This document shows positions 17,150 through 26,991 of a stretch of DNA of 64,000 nt, piece by piece (the first letter of the stretch is position 1; each line of letters starts with the position of its first letter). A program made the translations under genes and the position numbers. The notes beneath the pieces are model-generated. The model did not search any database. It saw nothing but the letters and a program-made list of their open reading frames with translations, and was not told the DNA's origin. This DNA is from Candidatus Borrarchaeum weybense (lineage in GTDB: Archaea > Asgardarchaeota > Sifarchaeia > Borrarchaeales > Borrarchaeaceae): positions 549,038 to 613,037 of the forward strand of contig JAHQJS010000006.1 in NCBI GenBank assembly GCA_019057385.1, in the 5' to 3' direction.

Positions 17150-18775
17150 ATGAATCACGATTTTATAACAAGGAAAGTTGCATTGACTCATGGAAATGTA
17201 ATTACTATGGACGAGACGAATCCGAGGGCTCAAGCGGTTCTTGTGATAGATGATAAAATCTTCAAGGTTGGATCCGATGCGGAGATCGAAAGACTGATTG
17301 ATGGAGATACGGAGGAACTGAATCTTGAAGGGAAGACATTGATTCCAGGATTTGTAGACTGTCATGCGCATCCTATAAACTTTGGACTTGCACTCATGGC
17401 AGTTGACTGCAAGACGCCATCTGTGAATTCCATTAAGGAGATAGTGGACAGGATTCAATTGACAGCAGAAGATAAATCAGAGGGAGAATGGATAATTGGC
17501 AGAGGTTATGACGATTTCAAACTGTCTGAGAAGAGACATCCTAACAGATGGGATCTAGATGAGGCTGCACCTAACAATCCTGTCATAATTACTCGATTCT
17601 GTGAGCATATTTCAGTTGTTAATAGCCTAGCTCTAGAACTTGCAGGTATATCAAAGGATACAAAGGATCCTGAAGGAGGGCAGATTGATAGAGATCCTAA
17701 GACTGGTAAACCAACTGGAATTTTGCGGTGGGGTGCTAAGGAATTGGTATTACGAATTATTCCTCCTCCTAGCGTAGCACAATTGAGACAAGCTATAATT
17801 TTGGCTTCCGAGCAATTTCTGGCCAAAGGAGTAACTTCAGTGTCCGAAGCCGGCGAAATAAATGCCTCGGCTATGAAAGCATATCAGACTGCAATATGGG
17901 ATGACGACGTACCCCTTAGGGTTAACTTGATGATGCCAATGAGCATGCTTGGTTTTTTACGGAAACTTGGTTTTTCAACAGGTTTTGGCAATGATAAACT
18001 TCGAATAGGACCAATAAAGATCATAGCTGATGGATCAACATCAGGAAGAACTGCTGCCCTATCTGAACCTTATGAAGATTCACCTGAGAATATCGGCATG
18101 ATGTATCTTAGTCAGAATGAGTTAAATAGCATAATTCTCACCGCTCATAGCGCAGGATTCCAAGTAGGTGTTCATGCAATCGGAGATAGAGCTATTTCAG
18201 CAGTTATCGACGCAATTGAGTTAGCCTTGGAACAATTCCCAAAAACTGATCATAGACATCGAATAGAACATTGTGGAATAAATAGTTCAACCATTGTAAC
18301 AAGACTAAAGAAACTGGGCATTATACCTGTTCCGCAACCCATATTTCTTTATGGTGAGGGTGAGAGTTACAGGGCAGGCTTGGGCGAAGACAGGGTAAAA
18401 TGGGCGTATCCCCTAAAGTCGTATATCGAGAGTGGAATCACGACACCTATGAGTTCAGATTGCCCCTGTACTTCTGGATCCGAGTTAATAAGCCCCCTTC
18501 TGGGTATTTATGTAGCCATTACTAGGATGACCGATGCCGGTAGAGAAATCGGAGCTGAACAAAAAATTGGAATAAAAGATGCCCTCAAGGCATATACCCT
18601 TAATAGTGCTTATGTAACCTTCGAAGAAGGTGTAAAAGGATCCATCGAGCCAGGTAAACTCGCTGATTTTGTTGTACTATCGGATGATCCTTTTAATGTA
18701 AGAGATAATGAAATTAAGGACATATACGTGGAAATGACTATAATAGGTGGCAAGACTGTTTATGAGAAACCATAA
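17150..18775 (+). CDS. YtcJ-like amidohydrolase (Amidohydro_3)
   Basis: PGFVDCHAH, KIIADGS.SGRTA, HAIGDRA, RIEH, SSDCP, GSIEPGKLAD. Confidence 0.93.
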   Translation: MNHDFITRKVALTHGNVITMDETNPRAQAVLVIDDKIFKVGSDAEIERLIDGDTEELNLEGKTLIPGFVDCHAHPINFGLALMAVDCKTPSVNSIKEIVDRIQLTAEDKSEGEWIIGRGYDDFKLSEKRHPNRWDLDEAAPNNPVIITRFCEHISVVNSLALELAGISKDTKDPEGGQIDRDPKTGKPTGILRWGAKELVLRIIPPPSVAQLRQAIILASEQFLAKGVTSVSEAGEINASAMKAYQTAIWDDDVPLRVNLMMPMSMLGFLRKLGFSTGFGNDKLRIGPIKIIADGSTSGRTAALSEPYEDSPENIGMMYLSQNELNSIILTAHSAGFQVGVHAIGDRAISAVIDAIELALEQFPKTDHRHRIEHCGINSSTIVTRLKKLGIIPVPQPIFLYGEGESYRAGLGEDRVKWAYPLKSYIESGITTPMSSDCPCTSGSELISPLLGIYVAITRMTDAGREIGAEQKIGIKDALKAYTLNSAYVTFEEGVKGSIEPGKLADFVVLSDDPFNVRDNEIKDIYVEMTIIGGKTVYEKP

Positions 18776-18882
18776 AAAGTTTTTATCGTCGTATATCTCA
18801 CTCTAAGTCCTATTTATTTTGATGGCACGCACAAAGGAAAAGTTTAAAGGCATTAAATTTACATATTTATATTATAGGTACT

Positions 18883-19911
18883 TTGTTTTTTCTAATAGAG
18901 CTGACTGAAATGTTTAGAGAAGATATACGAAAACGTTCAGAATACGGAGATGAATTCGTTCGATTGTTTATTAAAGATGGTCTTCAAGATCGTCTACTAC
19001 CTTTTTCAAAAAGTGCCTTAGAACTGTTTACAAAGTATTGCTTTGAAGAATGCAATGACTCAGACCGTCTTAAGTGTATTTTACGCCCCTGCACTGAGAT
19101 TATTGACGGAAATAATCGCCGGCTTTTAGATCTCTATATTGATTCAGGTATTAAGAAAAATGAGCTCCCTCTTTTCTGTTACAGCCAACGACAACAAATG
19201 ATAACTAAAATTCTTACTGGAAAAGAACGAAGACGAGGAAAAAATATTGACAAGAAGGTTTTTTTAGAAGATTTCCTCGATATATTATTTCCAAAAGCAG
19301 CAAAACCATTGAAAAGGGCATTACAGAGAAAACAAACGTTCATCAAAACATTCTTAGGAAGACTTGATGAAATGGATGAATTCACGCTATATTCTTCTCA
19401 AGACGATTACCTATTATTCTCAAATAACCATGACATTTTTTTTATGGACTTAAATCGAAGCATTGTAACATTGAATCCTGGTGAACACAGAATAAATGAA
19501 ATGACCGAATTAACAGGCTTCACTAAATTCTTTTCTCACAAACATGATCAACAGGCTGAATTAATTGAAAATGGATTTGGATGGAACCATATTCAATTTC
19601 AAGTTTATGAATCTAAAGAAGATTTTACTAAAGAAGAAAAATCTCGACTTCAAAAATTTCTAATAGAACTCCGTAAAGACGACACAGGCCTCTTTTCCGC
19701 ATTTTATGTTGCAGATAAGACGATACAGATCAATACAGACGTTTACTATCATAATTATGATCCTGAAGTGTATTTGACTTATAATGACAAAAAATTGCTA
19801 GTCAGATCTTTAGAGGAAATATTTTCCTCAATGAAGCGCCTTCAGGACGATATTGCACAAAAACTCATTGAAAAATCTGAGGATGTTACTAAGGAAACCT
19901 CTTCCGAATAA
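18883..19911 (+). CDS. Hypothetical protein (start may be ATG 18910)
   Basis: Long ORF; no motif recognised. Confidence 0.7.
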   Translation: MFFLIELTEMFREDIRKRSEYGDEFVRLFIKDGLQDRLLPFSKSALELFTKYCFEECNDSDRLKCILRPCTEIIDGNNRRLLDLYIDSGIKKNELPLFCYSQRQQMITKILTGKERRRGKNIDKKVFLEDFLDILFPKAAKPLKRALQRKQTFIKTFLGRLDEMDEFTLYSSQDDYLLFSNNHDIFFMDLNRSIVTLNPGEHRINEMTELTGFTKFFSHKHDQQAELIENGFGWNHIQFQVYESKEDFTKEEKSRLQKFLIELRKDDTGLFSAFYVADKTIQINTDVYYHNYDPEVYLTYNDKKLLVRSLEEIFSSMKRLQDDIAQKLIEKSEDVTKETSSE

Positions 19912-20020
19912 ATTTATATAATAAGTGGTTCATTTTCTTCCAATAGATTTTTCGGAAATTGACAGAATTTATTATTTAATTGTGTTCTAAACAGCTATTA
20001 ACTATCTTAGAGGTTAAACT

Positions 20021-20719
20021 ATGACCGAACCGATAATAACTTCCATGGACGACTCAGATACATTTGCTAGAACACTTCTCGCATTAGAAGTTCTCGTGGT
20101 TGCCACATTTTTTGGTATCTTTCAAGCATTAATGTTTCAAGAGAGTTTATATCTCATGTTAATTGGAATTGGATTCGGTATCGCTTGTTTCATTTTATTT
20201 GGGCGTGCTATTACTCAGATGAGTCTAAAAGAACTTGGATTGGTCAAAACAGCATTAAAAAACAATGTATTTTTCGGAATTCTTATTGGAATAATACTTC
20301 ATCTAGCTTTTAGCGCATATTATTTCATTGCTTATGAAAAGGTTCTTTTCTTGTTACCTTATCGCAATTTTGTTATTATCCCAATTGCATTGCTTGTTGT
20401 ATTTTCAGAAGAATTGTTTTTTAGAGGATATATGCTTCCGAGACTGGAAGGTGCCTTTAAATCATATGCGACTGTTTTAGCGGTATTAATCAATTCCATT
20501 TTGTTTATGTTCTATCATCAAAACTCAATCTTCAATTTGATTCTTTTTGGTCCTTACTACTCTACGATAGAGACAATGTTAATCAACTTTGCTGGAAGTG
20601 TAATCCTTTCTATTATTTTTGTAAAATTCAGGAGCTTAATTTCACCAACATTAGCCCATGCTGTGTTTGATATCCTCTTCTATATTCATTTTACATTTCC
20701 GTATTGGCTAATACCTTAA
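20021..20719 (+). CDS. CPBP/CAAX-family (Abi) intramembrane metalloprotease
   Basis: EELFFRG, F..YH, AHAVFD; multiple TM segments. Confidence 0.9.
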   Translation: MTEPIITSMDDSDTFARTLLALEVLVVATFFGIFQALMFQESLYLMLIGIGFGIACFILFGRAITQMSLKELGLVKTALKNNVFFGILIGIILHLAFSAYYFIAYEKVLFLLPYRNFVIIPIALLVVFSEELFFRGYMLPRLEGAFKSYATVLAVLINSILFMFYHQNSIFNLILFGPYYSTIETMLINFAGSVILSIIFVKFRSLISPTLAHAVFDILFYIHFTFPYWLIP

Positions 20720-21090
20720 CTTTAACGTCCATCGGGATTCTTTCACAAGCAATCGTTTCCTGATAAGAATTTTCAAAAAATTAAATAAAAATGCACAGAA
20801 AGAAGTACATATCTTGATTGAGACAAGTATCTGAATAATATATTTTTGTAACTTTCATAAATCTTAAATATCGTTGTATTGTTGGCACTACAGGCCGTAG
20901 TAGGTGCGTCTTGTAAACCAGTCATTTCAACAGCTCCTATTTATTAGCCCTACTACGGTTTAAATTAACAATTTTATGAAAAGTTTTAATTCAACTAACA
21001 TCCTATAATGTTTGAGTATTCTGATTTATAAGAAAACGATCTTGCCTAAAAAAGAGGGAAGGGCATTAATTTATAGATATGTAGGAAGGA

Positions 21091-22101
21091 GTGTATAACG
21101 AAATGGATGAAAATGTAGACGTGTGGATAACTCAATCCTTAAATTCTGTGGGTATTATTGCAAATGAATATTTACCTGTAATGGGAGGTCTTCTCGTTCA
21201 CGTTAAGCGAGAAGGAATAATATGGATACCCCGTTCAAGGGTAGCTGGGATTTTATCTAAGAGTGGTCTTTTAGACACAATTGCGAGGCATGGACAGATC
21301 GTTTTTAGTGCAATAGGGTTCATTTTCGCACCAGTTGCGACAGCTTATTCACAGTTTATTCGTCGAGGGCTTAGAATACCTCCAAATATTGTAACCTCAT
21401 ACAGTAAGTCCATCATAGAACGCGTTTTGTTAACACGTCCTACCCTTTACCAAAAAGCAGCTCAGACTCTAAGTGGAGTTAAAGAGAAATTAGTAAGTGT
21501 CATCAAAAGAGAGACTGATGAAAAAGAGGAAAAAGAGGTTACTTATTACGCACTCCGGATCATAGTAACGTTAGAAGAAATTAAGGTAGATGAACTTGCT
21601 GAATCAAGTTTCATCTCTAAAATGGAAAACGCAATTATGAGCAAACTAGAAGGCGAAGAGAGTCTTCCTGAAACACTAGAAACATTCGAAACTTCAGAAA
21701 AATTTGAACCATCTGTCGAAACCGAGATCACATCTACAGTTAATGAAGAAGATGAAAATACCGGAAAATTAGAAAAACTCTCTAAAGTCAAAGATAAAGC
21801 TGTGGAAAAACTAAAAAATGCAGGCTCTATCGCAAAAGAAAAACTCCAAGATACAGGAGCTGTTGCAAAAGAGAAATTAATAGATGTGGGTTCATACGTA
21901 GGTGACAAGATAAGTAAAATCGAGGTTAAAAAAGTTATAAGATGGCTTCAGGGCTACCCCCTCTTTCGAATACGTTTAACTGAAAGTGAGACAGATAAGT
22001 TACATAGATTTTTAAAGAGCCTACAAGATGACGGAATTGAAATAAATTCTGCTTTGGAACTTGAAGATGAATTATTAGCAGAATTTGACATAGAAAGTTA
22101 A
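21091..22101 (+). CDS. Hypothetical protein with 11-residue amphipathic repeats
   Basis: KLKNAGSIAKE/KLQDTGAVAKE/KLIDVGSYVGD. Confidence 0.75.
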   Translation: MYNEMDENVDVWITQSLNSVGIIANEYLPVMGGLLVHVKREGIIWIPRSRVAGILSKSGLLDTIARHGQIVFSAIGFIFAPVATAYSQFIRRGLRIPPNIVTSYSKSIIERVLLTRPTLYQKAAQTLSGVKEKLVSVIKRETDEKEEKEVTYYALRIIVTLEEIKVDELAESSFISKMENAIMSKLEGEESLPETLETFETSEKFEPSVETEITSTVNEEDENTGKLEKLSKVKDKAVEKLKNAGSIAKEKLQDTGAVAKEKLIDVGSYVGDKISKIEVKKVIRWLQGYPLFRIRLTESETDKLHRFLKSLQDDGIEINSALELEDELLAEFDIES

Positions 22102-22228
22102 TATTTGCAAACAAAAACCTTGTAATTCAACAATAAGATATCTAAAACATTTTTGCGAGAATCTTAATCTATATATAGATCTTTTACACATAAATGCTTT
22201 ACACTTTTTTTAACTCAAGCAATTTTGA

Positions 22229-22293
22229 GTTAGGAAGAGACACTTCCGAAATTTTAAATAATAAAAAAATGTTAGGAAGAGACACTGCCAAAA
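22229..22293 (+). repeat. Direct repeat GTTAGGAAGAGACACT x2 (22229-22244, 22271-22286)
   Basis: 16-bp exact match, extending to about 23 bp with mismatches. Confidence 0.9.
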
Positions 22294-22891
22294 ACAGCGC
22301 TAATAATTATAAATATCGTTCCAAAACGACTTTTTGAGTGAAAAGGGAGCACTGGCAGGAGCTGGAATTTGGAAGAGGGCAAAAGATCACAATACGGTAG
22401 GAAAAATGAAAAAAGTACTTGAAGCTGCAAGGAAAGCAGGACCGGACAAATGTTTGATAATACATTCACCGATTGGTTTTAGAGAAGGCTACCCAGAACT
22501 TGCAAAAACGCATCCGGGTCTACTTAAAGGAGCTGAAGAAGCTGGTGGGTTCAAAAAAGGCGAATGGGGAGCTGAAATCACTGATGAGCTTAAACCACTA
22601 TCCGACGAGACTGTGCTAGATAAGCGTCGGTTATGCGGTTTCACTGATACGGAACTAGATGGCCTGTTAAAGAATTTGGGCGTTGAAAATCTGATGATAG
22701 GCGGTTTTGTAACCAATTGGTGTGTAGAAGCTACTGGTAGATCTGCATATGATAGGGGTTATCACCCAGTTTTTCTGAAAGACTGCATGGACGCTTTCAC
22801 TGATGAAGAACAAAAGTTTGCTGAAGAAAAGATCTTTCCAGTAATTGGAGAAGTCTTAACATCAGACGAAGCAATGGCGAAGTTTCTATAG
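22291..22891 (+). pseudogene. Isochorismatase/cysteine hydrolase with a frameshifted 5' end
   Basis: The ORF from 22334 has K...F and TNWCVEAT.RSAYDRGY. The N-terminal KTALIII and FQNDFLSEKG lie in different frames, with the break at about 22318. Confidence 0.7.
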
Positions 22892-22961
22892 TCGAAAATA
22901 GAGCCTTCGTCTTTTTTTTTTAATAACTTATATTTTTCTATATCTCTTTTTCTCTACTTTT

Positions 22962-23384
22962 TCAATCGTCACAAGAAACCTTGTCAAGTTTTGGAATGTA
23001 AGGTTTAATATCTATTAAAGGCGTGCCATCTATTGCGTCAATACCTCTTACTGTCAAAACATTCCCCTTACGTTCAATCAACTCTGTAGTGCATATTCCG
23101 ATAGGATTTGGTCTACCTGGTGATCTTATGGAGAATACGCCTCGCGGAGTTGGACTATCGGGTGTAGGCGTTATTAAAGTGCCTCTGTTTGCTTGATGAA
23201 GCCAATATATCAAAATAACGTGCTTACGCTTTTCAATGTCCTTTAATCCTTCAGTAAACTCAGGAAATATTTCAACAGTTCCCAATGTTTGTACAAGTCT
23301 TCCTTGTCTAGGTGCATCGCCTTTTGTTTTATAAGGTGACCTGATAATACCAATTGGTTTCAAAATAATCTCCGTTGTCTTCAT
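22962..23384 (-). CDS. tsaA: tRNA m6t6A37 methyltransferase TrmO/TsaA
   Basis: LKPIG.IRSPY.....PRQG, RGVFSIRSP.RPNPIG, DAIDGTPLIDIKPY. Confidence 0.92.
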   Translation of the reverse strand: MKTTEIILKPIGIIRSPYKTKGDAPRQGRLVQTLGTVEIFPEFTEGLKDIEKRKHVILIYWLHQANRGTLITPTPDSPTPRGVFSIRSPGRPNPIGICTTELIERKGNVLTVRGIDAIDGTPLIDIKPYIPKLDKVSCDD

Positions 23385-23500
23385 AATAAATTCTCCTAAA
23401 GGTAGGTCTTTTAGTTTTTCTACTATTCTTCCTAACACGCTTAATATCAAATGAATTTTCATAAACTAAAATTAGAATTGAAAAATACCTCTATATATGT

Positions 23501-23974
23501 TTAAAACTCTTCCAATTCTTTCAATAATTTCAATAGTCGGTCTTCTGCTCGCGTAGATATTTCTTTTTCATCGGCATGAAATTCTCTCAGTGCACGTCCA
23601 AGCCGTTTAACATTTTGTTTTATTGTAAAGCGGACAACTCCGATATTAACGGAGGGTTCTGCAATAACACATAGCACAGCTTCCTGATTAATACCTGCTG
23701 TAAAAATAACCCCAGTATCAAATTCGGAAACAACCAAATTTAAATTCCCCTCGATCTCAGTATGCTTCCCCTGTGTTTCACTGGCACAAAAAACGGCATT
23801 GCCTATGGCACCAAGACCGTCAACATCTACAGGGCGTGCGTCAAATTTTGTTACATGACCCAAAGTTAAACCTGTGCGATCTGTTAGAATCACTGTTCTA
23901 ATGGCATGGTCAGCTTTAATGAGTCCTGAAAGAACTCGATTTAATGCCTCAGATAGAGCTTTACCATCCCACAC
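23501..23974 (-). CDS. Roadblock/LC7 (MglB-like) domain protein
   Basis: VILTDRTGL, LGA...AVFCASETQG, EF..G.IF, VNIGVVRF. Confidence 0.88.
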   Translation of the reverse strand: MWDGKALSEALNRVLSGLIKADHAIRTVILTDRTGLTLGHVTKFDARPVDVDGLGAIGNAVFCASETQGKHTEIEGNLNLVVSEFDTGVIFTAGINQEAVLCVIAEPSVNIGVVRFTIKQNVKRLGRALREFHADEKEISTRAEDRLLKLLKELEEF

Positions 23975-24208
23975 TAGAACTGCCTCTCATAATGATGCTA
24001 TGTGATGCTTATTGATATCCACGATAATAGAGTATTTCAAGGATTCGGTTGTTAAGCTAACTCGAAATCTCTACAATGCATTGTTTATATTGCAGATGCT
24101 ATTTTTTTAAAAGCTTCTCTACGAAGATTTGTGAATCCATTTTCATATAATAAAAAAAGAGAGAAAGCTGGCACGTATGCGGTGATTCATCTACATATTT
24201 TCACTGCA

Positions 24209-25090
24209 TCATGCTTTTTTAATCGGTTTTATATCAACAACGGCACGTGGCACGCCCATTCTCGCGATCTTTCTATTTAGAGCTTTCACATAGCGTCTGT
24301 GAAAAGGAAGATAGAAGAATAGAGTCCATACAATGGAATGCGAAGCGGTGCCAACTGCAATTAATATAATTAATGCTACTTGCCCTGCAAATTCTGGATT
24401 TGGTGCCGTTGCTAGTTCTATAAAGAATTTCACGAAGCCCAATATGGCAGAACCACCAACGAAGCCTTCAAGTAGTCTTTGTCCAAACCCAGAAGATTTC
24501 TCGACCTCAAGATTGCCTTTTACTCGCTGGAAATAGTAAAGTGAATAGTCCCTTAAGATAAAGAGTCCTGGCATGATTAGGCCTAAAATCACTGGGCTAA
24601 CGAAGAAAATTATTATGTTTATATTAATTAACAACTGTAAAGCTTCTTCCTGAGTGACTTGAGTTATTGCTGGGAGGAAGTCTGCGAATTTAAGTAAATT
24701 GATTGCTAGTGAAATAAGGAATAATATAGGAATCCATGGTCTTACAAGACTTTGACGTACATTACCCCAAAAACGAGTCCTTCGTGATAATTCTTCTTCG
24801 ACCAATTCTTCCTCCTCTTCTTCTTCTAAGATGAAATATCCCTTTTCTAGGCTTTCAAGATCTTTTAGATCAGTATCCGCAAGTCCTGCAACAGTACGTC
24901 CTCTAAACCATAACACAAAGCGAATGACACTTGCAGAGCTGTACACCTTACCCATCGCCACCCAGACTACAATGCCCACCAGCGTAGCTACGAGCAGGAG
25001 CAGTGCTAAAGCAGGAAGAATTCCGAATACAATGAGTCCGAAAATTAATGCGAGTATTGTAGCTAGGATCTTTGTGATTTCACTTGTCAT
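24209..25090 (-). CDS. Hypothetical membrane protein
   Basis: Five to six TM segments with an acidic loop. Confidence 0.75.
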   Translation of the reverse strand: MTSEITKILATILALIFGLIVFGILPALALLLLVATLVGIVVWVAMGKVYSSASVIRFVLWFRGRTVAGLADTDLKDLESLEKGYFILEEEEEEELVEEELSRRTRFWGNVRQSLVRPWIPILFLISLAINLLKFADFLPAITQVTQEEALQLLININIIIFFVSPVILGLIMPGLFILRDYSLYYFQRVKGNLEVEKSSGFGQRLLEGFVGGSAILGFVKFFIELATAPNPEFAGQVALIILIAVGTASHSIVWTLFFYLPFHRRYVKALNRKIARMGVPRAVVDIKPIKKA

Positions 25091-25260
25091 AGTCCATTAC
25101 TATCCTTTTTGGTTCTTAGAATCTCCTACGTCACGGTCTTATATGAAGCATTCGGTTATATGATAATAAGTATACGTAGAAGGAAGTAAATATCATAAAG
25201 GAAAAAATTAGAAATAAATTTTATTTTTTCGTGCGTTTCATCGAAGATTGCATCAAAAAA

Positions 25261-26547
25261 TCAGCGTTTAAGCGTTTCTTTTATCTTAATCAAAACAACA
25301 AAAAAACCTACTGCAGGCAGGATCGACATCAATAGAAACATAACTTGCATGCCTACAATTTGTGCAATTATACCGCCAAGAAGTCCGCCTACAGCACCGC
25401 CTCCAAAGATACATGTTGTTAGAAGCCCCATAGCCTCTGCTCGCTGTGTTTCAGGTGTAACGTCAGTTACATAACAGTTGTTGCCGTTCTCAAGGCATGA
25501 GAATGTAAATGCCAAAAGAAACTGAGTTGGGATAATCCATAAGAAATTAGGACTTAAAGCATAGAAAATCTCCACCATTGAAGTACCAGCGAGTCCTACA
25601 AGAATCATTGGCTTTCGTCCGATTATATCGCACAATTTTCCAGCCAAAGGTTGAAAAAACGCTCCTGCAAGCACAAAATTGATCGCTATTAATATCCCAA
25701 CCCAAAAATCGCTAGCACCTAGTATAGTACTCAGATACACTGCAAATAAGGTCCATATCCCCCAAAATGAAATATAGCGAATAAAAGTGACGCTAAAAAG
25801 AACGTGTAGATTGCCCTGCTTGACATAAGATTCACTAACATTAGTGGGAATGAATTTCCTTTTCAATATACTAAAAACTTGCCTTGGATTTAATGGAACA
25901 CTTATGACTTTGCTGTCAACACGCCTTAAGAAAATTAAACTAATAATCGCTCCTGATCCTGCCAAGATCGCTGCCAAGACCACACTCATCTGTATCGAGA
26001 TATATTGTGCAACAAATCCTCCAGAAAATGAACCAATAGCATATCCAAGAGATGTTGAAGCTGTAAGAAAACCGAAAAACTTTCCTCTCTCTCCAGTCGA
26101 AGCCAAAGAGCCAACTATCGCTAATACTGCCGGACGGAATGCAGATGCTATAAATCCGAATAACGCCATTAAAAGTACCACAATAATTGGTACTTCGACA
26201 ATTGAAGTAATGAAGAGGACAATAGCACAACCAATTAGACTTGAAGAAAGAAATATCTTCCTTTTTCCGAACGCATCAGAAAGTACTCCCCAAACAACGC
26301 TAAATATTGTGGTAGTAATATAATAAAAAGAAATCACTAATCCGGTTACTACAAGACTTGCTCCTAGTCTATTGACATATAACGGTAAAATAACAAGAGG
26401 CAAGAACGTAGCAAATGAATACATCAGATTAGTCGTAATTACTGTAGCAAAACCCCTGCGCACTTCATAGATCTCCAATAATTTCACTGTTGGGTATAGG
26501 TAGAAATTGCTTGAGGGAGAAAAGAGTACATAGTTGTACTTCTTCAA
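25261..26547 (-). CDS. MFS transporter (true start probably somewhat downstream of the annotated one)
   Basis: 12 TM segments; motif A WGVLSDAFGKRK and GKLCDIIGRK. Confidence 0.92.
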   Translation of the reverse strand: MKKYNYVLFSPSSNFYLYPTVKLLEIYEVRRGFATVITTNLMYSFATFLPLVILPLYVNRLGASLVVTGLVISFYYITTTIFSVVWGVLSDAFGKRKIFLSSSLIGCAIVLFITSIVEVPIIVVLLMALFGFIASAFRPAVLAIVGSLASTGERGKFFGFLTASTSLGYAIGSFSGGFVAQYISIQMSVVLAAILAGSGAIISLIFLRRVDSKVISVPLNPRQVFSILKRKFIPTNVSESYVKQGNLHVLFSVTFIRYISFWGIWTLFAVYLSTILGASDFWVGILIAINFVLAGAFFQPLAGKLCDIIGRKPMILVGLAGTSMVEIFYALSPNFLWIIPTQFLLAFTFSCLENGNNCYVTDVTPETQRAEAMGLLTTCIFGGGAVGGLLGGIIAQIVGMQVMFLLMSILPAVGFFVVLIKIKETLKR

Positions 26548-26839
26548 CAGGTATGGAGTGCACTAAAAAAATCAATCCTCAAATACTTTTTCCTTACATT
26601 TTCAAATGGTAGGTAAATATTAAATTCAGTTTTAATAACATTGTGAATAACTTTATGAGTATGAACTGTCATTGAACTGCATCTAAACAAAAAATTGTTC
26701 AAAGCTTGGCTAGACCGAAAATCTAGCTATACATAACAGATGAAGGGTGAGCAGAGACGGTGGTGGAGAGTTTTAGTTTTATTAAAACTAGTGCCGCCTC
26801 TGCTCATGAGTTACCCTATGCGCATATATATGACTATTT

Positions 26840-26878
26840 TGGTAAAACTCTCCTCTTAGTCTGGTAAAACTCTCCTCT
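26840..26878 (+). repeat. Direct repeat TGGTAAAACTCTCCTCT x2 (22-bp period)
   Basis: Exact 17-bp copies at 26840-26856 and 26862-26878, upstream of htpX. Confidence 0.9.
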
Positions 26879-26991
26879 ATTTAAAAATAGTGCGCGCAAA
26901 ATATTTATAATAAGAAGAGCGGATTATAAGTGCATAGTACAAAAAGGAAAATACAACAAGTTTTAACAAAAATTACACAAGGGGAAACAGT

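Noticed and set aside
20893-20960. tRNA gene
   Set aside because: No T-loop GTTC motif or cloverleaf could be built.
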